Below, in pieces: positions 1 to 4,419 of a stretch of 5,288 nucleotides of DNA. This stretch comes from an uncultured bacterium. Lineage in GTDB: Bacteria; Auribacterota; JACPWU01. Location: the NCBI GenBank assembly GCA_964640155.1, contig CAZXEQ010000013.1:1-5288 (forward strand). Direction: 5' to 3'. Positions within the stretch are counted from its first letter, which is position 1; every line of letters starts with the position of its first letter. The position numbers were made by a program, and so were the translations under genes. The notes under the pieces are model-generated. The model worked only from the letters and a program-made list of their open reading frames with translations. It was not told the origin of the DNA and searched no databases.

Positions 1-111
1 TATCTATTCTTCTCACCATTCCCCCTGAATATTCGAGAAGATTTAATTGCAAGAATTCAGAAAACCAAACGCCATTATTATAGAGCGGTTAAAGAAAGAT
101 TGTCAATGTAG
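1..111 (+). CDS. Possible 3' end of an unidentified protein-coding gene (partial; 5' end lies outside the window)
   Basis: Frame 1 is open from the window edge to TAG at 109-111. It translates to YLFFSPFPLNIREDLIARIQKTKRHYYRAVKERLSM*, a charged amphipathic-helix-like tail. Frame 3 is also open for 27 codons, so frame choice and coding status are uncertain. I recognise no family. Confidence 0.3.
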   Translation, partial: YLFFSPFPLNIREDLIARIQKTKRHYYRAVKERLSM

Positions 112-125
112 TAAAGATTCTGATT
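111..125. repeat. Left copy of a perfect 15-bp direct repeat, GTAAAGATTCTGATT
   Basis: An identical 15-mer recurs at 385-399, 274 bp downstream. The first base is the G of the TAG stop at 109-111. Confidence 0.9.
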
Positions 126-129
126 TATT

Positions 130-151
130 CTAACCCCAGACGATTGGTACA
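130..151. repeat. Left terminal inverted repeat of the element
   Basis: ctaaccccagacgattggtaca pairs with 356-379: 10 bp plus a 2-nt bulge, a 4x4 internal loop, then 8 bp including one G-U. Confidence 0.7.
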
Positions 152-355
152 CATGGATAAGTATAGGGGGCCATCAAGCTACACTTGATGAGATTCGGAC
201 ACTCAACTCGTCTATTGTCCAACAGAGTGTGAAGACCATTGGAGATCAAGCGAGCAAGGTCCCCGATGTTCATCGGGGGAGCAAGATCTCCTTTGAGTTC
301 ATTTACCTCGCTGGGGTAAATGAACGTGTCTGAACACTCTGTTGGACAATTTACC

Positions 356-379
356 TGTACCAGGTGGCTGGGGGGTTAG
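356..379. repeat. Right terminal inverted repeat of the element
   Basis: tgtaccaggtggctggggggttag is the imperfect reverse complement of 130-151. Confidence 0.7.
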
Positions 380-384
380 TACAG

Positions 385-399
385 GTAAAGATTCTGATT
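385..399. repeat. Right copy of the perfect 15-bp direct repeat, GTAAAGATTCTGATT
   Basis: Identical to 111-125. Confidence 0.9.
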
Positions 400-427
400 G
401 TTAAGAGGCCCTTTATTTCATTAAAAT
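398..427 (+). promoter_or_regulatory. Candidate sigma70-like promoter upstream of lemA
   Basis: TTGTTA (398-403), an 18-nt spacer, then TAAAAT (422-427). This places the transcription start only about 1-2 nt before the ATG at 436, giving a leaderless or near-leaderless mRNA. That conflicts with use of the weak GGTGG Shine-Dalgarno at 428-432, so the call is tentative. Confidence 0.25.
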
Positions 428-435
428 GGTGGCTA

Positions 436-990
436 ATGAGAGTATACTCTGCTTTGTTTTTTATAGTGAGTTGTGCGATGGTGATCATCTGGTTTTACAA
501 TCGCATGATTTCTTTAAGAAAACGTGCTCAGGGTGCCTGGGCGGATGTGGATGTTCAGTTAAAGCGTCGACATGATTTGATTCCTTCGCTTGTGATGTGT
601 GTTGAAGGGTATATGTCTCATGAGAAAAAAACACTTTCTGAAGTGACTATAGCTCGATCCAGAGCTCAAGGGCAGGGAAATCTAGCCGAACGTTCTATAA
701 CCGAAACTGAGTTGGGTCAAAATCTTAAATCTTTAATTCTACTCGCAGAAAATTATCCCAATTTAAAAGCTAACACTACCTTTTTATCCCTTCAAGAAAA
801 ACTGACTGAAACAGAAAATATGCTTCAAAAGGCGAGGCGTTATTACAATGCTGTTGTGAGAGATCACAATACATTCATTCATCAATTCCCTCATCTCATC
901 ATAGCTAAGATTTTTAACTTTCAAGCGTTAGATTTTTTTCAGTTAGAAAGTAAAGAGGAATCAGCGGTCTCAAAAGTATCTTTGAATTAA
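436..990 (+). CDS. lemA: LemA family membrane protein
   Basis: N-terminal TM helix (VYSALFFIVSCAMVIIWFY) followed by LemA-type motifs: AWADVDVQLKRRHDLIPSLV, ENYPNLKAN, ARRYYNAVVRDHN. I prefer ATG 436 to the ORF-track GTG 364, because the 24 extra residues would overlap the structured or repeat region and are not LemA-like. Stop TAA at 988-990. Confidence 0.9.
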   Translation: MRVYSALFFIVSCAMVIIWFYNRMISLRKRAQGAWADVDVQLKRRHDLIPSLVMCVEGYMSHEKKTLSEVTIARSRAQGQGNLAERSITETELGQNLKSLILLAENYPNLKANTTFLSLQEKLTETENMLQKARRYYNAVVRDHNTFIHQFPHLIIAKIFNFQALDFFQLESKEESAVSKVSLN

Positions 991-996
991 AAGGGG
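991..996 (+). promoter_or_regulatory. Shine-Dalgarno for the DUF2207 gene
   Basis: AAGGGG lies 6 nt upstream of TTG 1003 and directly after the lemA stop. The 12-nt gap suggests co-translation in one operon. Confidence 0.6.
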
Positions 997-1002
997 TCTA
1001 TA

Positions 1003-2715
1003 TTGAAAAAATCATCCAGAATTCTTTTAGGAATTTGTTCTCTTGTTTTTTTATTTTCCCCTAATCACATTTTTGCTTGGGCGATTGACTCTTTTACTGT
1101 AGAGGCGTGGATTCAATCAGACAGGACAGTGACAGTGAAAGAAAGAATTATTGCTGATTTTACCCCTGATGAACATCATGGTATTTATCGCTATATCCCA
1201 CTGTCCTATATCAATCGCTTGGGCCAAAGTTTTCGTTTAAGAATGCATGTCGACGAATTAAAAAGCTCTCAAGATAAAGACCAATACTGGAAATCCTATT
1301 CCGGAGGAAGACTCTATATTAAAATAGGAAATCCAAATTTAGAATATAAAGGATTAGTCGGATACACTCTTCAATACACCTTACAGAATGTCATGACAGA
1401 TTTTCCTTCTCATAACGAGCTTTACTGGAATGTAACGGGCAATGAATGGAATGTTCCTATTCGAAAAGCAAAATTTATTATTCATTTGCCACCTGAATGC
1501 AAGAATCAAACGGTTCAATATGCTGCTTTTGTGGGTATGATGGGCAGTCGTGACAATACGAGCATTCAAGTTGAGAGGCGTGGACAAGAAATTGTTTATG
1601 AAGTGATGCGACCTTTGCAAGCTTATGAAGGACTCACAGCTGTTTTAGGTGTTCCTTTGGGAATGTTAAAGCAGGTCTCTTTATTTCAAAAGGTGAAATG
1701 GTTCTTCCAGGATAACTGGCCTTATGGAGCTCCTCTTTTGGTTTTCCTTTTTCTTTTTCTGAAATGGTGGAGGCACGGAAAAGATCCTCAAGGCAAAGGA
1801 ACAGTGGCGGTGACCTATGAGTCTCCGAATAATTTGACCCCAGCAGAAATAGGGACCTTGATTGATGAAAAAGTGGATATGCGTGATATTACGGCAACTT
1901 TAGTGGATCTTGCAGTGAAAGGGTATCTTAAAATTGAAGAAGAGGAAGACAAAGATTTTATTTTTAGAAAAACAATTCCTAAAATTGAAATTTCTATAAA
2001 GCCGCATGAAAAATTTATTTTGGATCATCTTTTTTTATATGGAGATTCTTGTAGACTCTCTGGCTTGAAATATAAATTCTCAGCGGATTATCTAAAGCCT
2101 ATTCGAGAAAGAATTTATCATTCTTTGATTGCACAAGGGTATTTTACTCATTCTCCTGACATCATACGAAAAGTATATCGTTTTGGAGGTATATTTTTGA
2201 TTGTTCTAGGGACGATTTTAGCCATATTGTTTTTTAACATTCCCCAACTTTCATGGATTGCAGCTCCTGTTCCTTTGGTGGTGAGTGGTGTTTTGAGTGG
2301 ATTGCTTTTCTTTATTTTTGCTCCTTTAATGCCTAAAAAAACAAGGGCAGGGGTGGAAACTTATGAAGAAATCAGAGGATTGGAAGAATACATTGCAAGA
2401 GCAGAAGCAGAAACATTTCAAAAGGCAGATCCAAAATTACTTTTTGAAACATTGCTACCTTTTGCAATTTCTTTTGGTCTAACAAAATCATGGATTAATA
2501 AATTTTCTAATCTTTTTCAAGATCCTCCTCAGTGGTATTCCTCTAGATCTTATTCCGCTTGGAATATGAATTATTTTTCTAGAAGCCTCAATCAAATGGA
2601 ACGTTCTTCAAGTCAAACATTCACTGCAGTCCCACGAACTTCAGGAGGCAGTGGATTTAGCAGTGGTGGATCTTCTGGTGGAGGATTTGGAGGAGGCGGG
2701 GGAGGGGCGTGGTAG
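1003..2715 (+). CDS. DUF2207 domain-containing membrane protein (the usual LemA partner)
   Basis: TTG start with a good SD. Signal-peptide-like N-terminus (MKKSSRILLGICSLVFLFSPNHIFA/WA). Extracytoplasmic N-domain of about 215 aa. TM segments near aa 243-257, 394-413 and 419-443. Gly/Ser-rich C-terminal tail SGGSGFSSGGSSGGGFGGGGGGAW. This architecture and the adjacency to lemA are typical of the DUF2207 family. Confidence 0.88.
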   Translation: MKKSSRILLGICSLVFLFSPNHIFAWAIDSFTVEAWIQSDRTVTVKERIIADFTPDEHHGIYRYIPLSYINRLGQSFRLRMHVDELKSSQDKDQYWKSYSGGRLYIKIGNPNLEYKGLVGYTLQYTLQNVMTDFPSHNELYWNVTGNEWNVPIRKAKFIIHLPPECKNQTVQYAAFVGMMGSRDNTSIQVERRGQEIVYEVMRPLQAYEGLTAVLGVPLGMLKQVSLFQKVKWFFQDNWPYGAPLLVFLFLFLKWWRHGKDPQGKGTVAVTYESPNNLTPAEIGTLIDEKVDMRDITATLVDLAVKGYLKIEEEEDKDFIFRKTIPKIEISIKPHEKFILDHLFLYGDSCRLSGLKYKFSADYLKPIRERIYHSLIAQGYFTHSPDIIRKVYRFGGIFLIVLGTILAILFFNIPQLSWIAAPVPLVVSGVLSGLLFFIFAPLMPKKTRAGVETYEEIRGLEEYIARAEAETFQKADPKLLFETLLPFAISFGLTKSWINKFSNLFQDPPQWYSSRSYSAWNMNYFSRSLNQMERSSSQTFTAVPRTSGGSGFSSGGSSGGGFGGGGGGAW

Positions 2716-2721
2716 AAATAA

Positions 2722-2742
2722 ATCAAATATCAAATATCAAAA
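2722..2742. repeat. Short tandem heptamer, ATCAAAT x2 plus ATCAAAA
   Basis: atcaaat atcaaat atcaaaa lies just after the DUF2207 stop (TAG 2713-2715). Confidence 0.5.
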
Positions 2743-2755
2743 ATAAGGTACATTT

Positions 2756-2780
2756 AAAAACTTACTAAGGCTAGTATTTT
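2756..2780. terminator. Weak candidate bidirectional terminator in the convergent intergenic region
   Basis: AAAAA, then a 5-bp stem tacta/tagta (2763-2767 / 2772-2776) with loop aggc, then TTTT. The stem is short and AT-rich, so support is poor. Confidence 0.2.
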
Positions 2781-2859
2781 GCTTCACTGGTTTTGATGAG
2801 AGTTAGAGTTTGTATAACCAGAAATAAATAAACTCCTGAATTTTAATTTTTGATTTGTC

Positions 2860-3567
2860 TTATAAAAGAAACTTCCCACATTGAATAATAAAATATTCAG
2901 CGACTCCAAGCATTAGCCAACCAAAGGCCTTTTTGATTCTTTCCATCCAAATGCCTGGTTTTGGAACAGAAGTTGCAAAAGATGTGAATGTTCCTAAAAG
3001 GATGAGTAATGTCCCCATTCCATAAGCAAACACAAAAAGAGAAAGAATTCCTGTCGTCACGCTTTGTCCTTTAGCAACGAATGTTAGAATCACGCCTAAG
3101 ACAGGCGCTGTACAAGGGGCCGCAACTAATCCTGCGGTTAAACCAATTAAAAAGGCTCCCAAATGTCCTTGAAGTTTTCCTTTCCCGGCAGATCCTCCTA
3201 GAAACTTGGGTGTTGGGATATTATAAACTCCCAGCATGCTTAAACCAAAAAGAAGAATGATGTTTCCTGTGATGAGATTGGCCCATGGACTTGTGCTGAT
3301 GTCTCCAAAAAATCCTCCGCTAAGTGCAGCAAATGCTCCCAAAGCAGAATAAGTGACCGAGATGCCCAGAACATGTGTTAAACAGAGAAAAAACCCTTTC
3401 CATTTAGATCCTGTTCCTCGAGCTCCAATGTAAGTCACCGTAATGGGAATGAGAGGATAAACACAGGGAGTAAAACTTGTTAAAACACCCCCGAGATATG
3501 CAGCTAGTAAAGCTAGAATAGGAGAGTGTTGCAAGTATTCACCAAAGTTATTTAGAAAATCTTGCAT
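2860..3567 (-). CDS. ccdA: Cytochrome c biogenesis / thiol-disulfide transporter, CcdA (DsbD transmembrane-domain) family
   Basis: Polytopic membrane protein with the two signature cysteine motifs: TPCVYPLIP (Cys35, nt 3463-3465) and APCTAPVLG (Cys152, nt 3112-3114). About 6 hydrophobic segments. SD AGGAG (complement of 3574-3578) lies 6 nt before the ATG. Confidence 0.9.
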   Translation of the reverse strand: MQDFLNNFGEYLQHSPILALLAAYLGGVLTSFTPCVYPLIPITVTYIGARGTGSKWKGFFLCLTHVLGISVTYSALGAFAALSGGFFGDISTSPWANLITGNIILLFGLSMLGVYNIPTPKFLGGSAGKGKLQGHLGAFLIGLTAGLVAAPCTAPVLGVILTFVAKGQSVTTGILSLFVFAYGMGTLLILLGTFTSFATSVPKPGIWMERIKKAFGWLMLGVAEYFIIQCGKFLL

Positions 3568-3647
3568 AAAAAACTCCTTTTCAGATTCTATAATTGCAAT
3601 TCGTAATTTTTTTACGCAAAACGCAGTACCCTCAACGTATAACTCTT

Positions 3648-4301
3648 TTATGACTGTTTTTTGGGAATTACAAGTTTCTGCCCTACACGAATGCTGCTAG
3701 GATTTGTGATGTTATTGGCTTGAGCCAGGGCTTGAGCACTAACGCCTAAACGGGCTGCAATCTTTGATAGACTGTCTCCAGGTTGAACAATATAAGAATC
3801 TCCGTTTGCAAAATTGGAGGAAGAAGAACTTGTTCTGGAGGAGCGCTGAATTTCTTGCCAGAGTCGATTATTTTCTTTAGAAACTTCTTCTAAAATAATA
3901 TTCAATTTTTTTTCTGTGGTTGCCTGATCAGAATTTCTCTGGGCTTGCAAAGCTTTAGACTGATCTTGGAAAGTTTTTTGAACATAAGCTTGCAACTGTT
4001 GTTGCTCAGATTGTATTTTCGAGATTTTTTGATCTACACTGTTTATTTGTTTTTGTAAAGCCTCAAGCTTTCCGGCAAGAGCTTGGATGTTACTGTGGGT
4101 GTCTTCTTTGAAATTTTTATTTTGATGAGAGGTTTCTTCTAAATCCACTTGGATTTGATTAAAATTTCTCTTCAGAACAATCATTTCTTCACTTAAAGTC
4201 CCTTGAACTTGAGTAACTTCTTGTTTGGTTGCAACTTCATTCATAGCGCAACCAGAGATGAGAAAACTAGAAAGGAAAAAAAAGGCGTAATGTAACTTCA
4301 T
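3648..4301 (-). CDS. Coiled-coil lipoprotein with a C-terminal LysM peptidoglycan-binding domain
   Basis: Lipobox LISGC (Cys18). Roughly aa 25-150 is Q/E/K-rich and heptad-like (ALAGKLEALQKQINSVDQKISKIQSEQQQLQAYVQK). Ser-rich linker (SSRTSSSSS). LysM motif YIVQPGDSLSKIAARLGVSAQALAQANNITNPSSIRVGQKLVIP (aa 170-213, nt 3663-3794). Confidence 0.85.
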   Translation of the reverse strand: MKLHYAFFFLSSFLISGCAMNEVATKQEVTQVQGTLSEEMIVLKRNFNQIQVDLEETSHQNKNFKEDTHSNIQALAGKLEALQKQINSVDQKISKIQSEQQQLQAYVQKTFQDQSKALQAQRNSDQATTEKKLNIILEEVSKENNRLWQEIQRSSRTSSSSSNFANGDSYIVQPGDSLSKIAARLGVSAQALAQANNITNPSSIRVGQKLVIPKKQS

Positions 4302-4342
4302 GAGAAGTACCTTTTAGAACTTTTTTACAGTCTAAATAGAGT

Positions 4343-4415
4343 TAAGAACAGGCTAAGAGTTAAGTGTAAAAGAAAAATACTTTTACTTAGCCCTTAACTC
4401 TTAGCCCTGTTTTTA
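4343..4415 (-). terminator. Long imperfect hairpin between pal and the LysM gene (possible terminator, attenuator, or REP-like element)
   Basis: Outer stem 4348-4364 / 4393-4410 is 17 bp with one bulged C4405, extendable by 5 more pairs to 4343/4415. Inner stem 4366-4372 / 4380-4386 is 7 bp with loop aaaaata. In the pal sense, the flank after the stem is only moderately U-rich. Confidence 0.45.
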
Positions 4416-4419
4416 TTAA

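Larger units (their letters stand above)
130..379 (+). ncRNA. Candidate unclassified structured RNA, as an alternative or additional reading of the same element
   Basis: Fully nested helices: 130-139/368-379; 144-151/356-363; hairpin 172-178/184-190; 17-bp perfect helix 214-230/334-350 enclosing 241-247/285-291, 260-267/272-279 (GUUC loop) and the 11-bp hairpin 297-307/315-325. The two wobble positions (T144-G363 and T260-G279) are G-U only on the plus-strand transcript. No match to tRNA, tmRNA, RNase P, 6S or SRP consensus as far as I can judge by eye. Confidence 0.35.
126..384. mobile_element. Candidate miniature non-autonomous element (MITE-like, or a small integrated element) with no coding capacity
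   Basis: The 259 bp lie between the two 15-bp direct repeats. The ends are imperfect inverted repeats: CTAACCCC--AGacgaTTGGTACA (130-151) against the reverse complement of 356-379, CTAACCCCCCAGccacCTGGTACA. No ORF has a credible RBS. Removing one repeat copy plus the core leaves a normal 50-nt gene junction. Confidence 0.45.

Noticed and set aside
2-30. Possible minus-strand gene start leaving the window: ATG at 19-17 or GTG at 16-14, preceded by GGGGG
   Set aside because: Only about 6 codons are visible, and the G-run is 1-4 nt from the candidate starts, which is too close for a normal SD. It cannot be supported from this window. If it were real, it would make 1-111 non-coding on the plus strand.
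184-192. CTTGATGAG, resembling the hammerhead ribozyme CUGAUGA core
   Set aside because: The extra U breaks the invariant C3-U4-G5-A6 register. There is no appropriately placed GAAA / cleavage-site triplet or three-stem arrangement around it. The segment is better explained as the 3' arm of hairpin 172-190.
190-199. GAGATTCGGA in a single-stranded junction matches the flanking direct repeat (AAGATTCTGA) at 8 of 10 positions, a possible guide-to-target relationship
   Set aside because: By a rough calculation, about one such 8/10 match is expected by chance between a 15-mer and a 259-nt sequence. That is insufficient on its own. It is only worth revisiting if other copies of the element show co-variation with their flanks.
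153-379. Mini-ORFs inside the structured element: 153-188 (11 aa), 188-232 (14 aa), 266-319 (17 aa), 320-379 (19 aa)
   Set aside because: All are very short. They lack convincing Shine-Dalgarno spacing, and their start codons are buried in predicted helices. They cannot be told apart from chance ORFs.
126-384. Known housekeeping RNAs or CRISPR/tRNA-like content in the structured region
   Set aside because: It has no cloverleaf with a GTTCRANYC T-loop and no tmRNA 5' GGGG...CCA ends. It also lacks the RNase P GAGGAAAGTCC box, a group II domain V-like hairpin with an AGC triad, and any regularly spaced repeats. None of these families fits by eye.
364-435. GTG-initiated 24-aa N-terminal extension of LemA (MAGGLVQVKILIVKRPFISLKWWL)
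   Set aside because: It overlaps the right TIR, the hairpin and the direct repeat. It is not LemA-like, since the family begins directly with a TM helix. ATG 436 gives the canonical architecture.
1381-1620. 79-aa minus-strand ORF from the ORF track
   Set aside because: It is entirely antisense within the well-supported DUF2207 CDS. It has no RBS, a low-complexity basic/His-rich translation and no recognisable domain. It is most likely a shadow ORF.
2793-2801. TTGATGAGA 9-mer shared between the element (185-193) and the DUF2207-ccdA intergenic region
   Set aside because: Dozens of repeated 9-mers are expected by chance in about 5.3 kb of AT-rich DNA, and there is no extended similarity around either copy.
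3601-3616. cgtaa-TTTTT-ttacg hairpin between the LysM gene and ccdA, as a terminator
   Set aside because: It is a 5-bp AT-rich stem with a homopolymer loop, too weak to call. The 80-nt gap may simply hold the ccdA RBS and a possible internal promoter.
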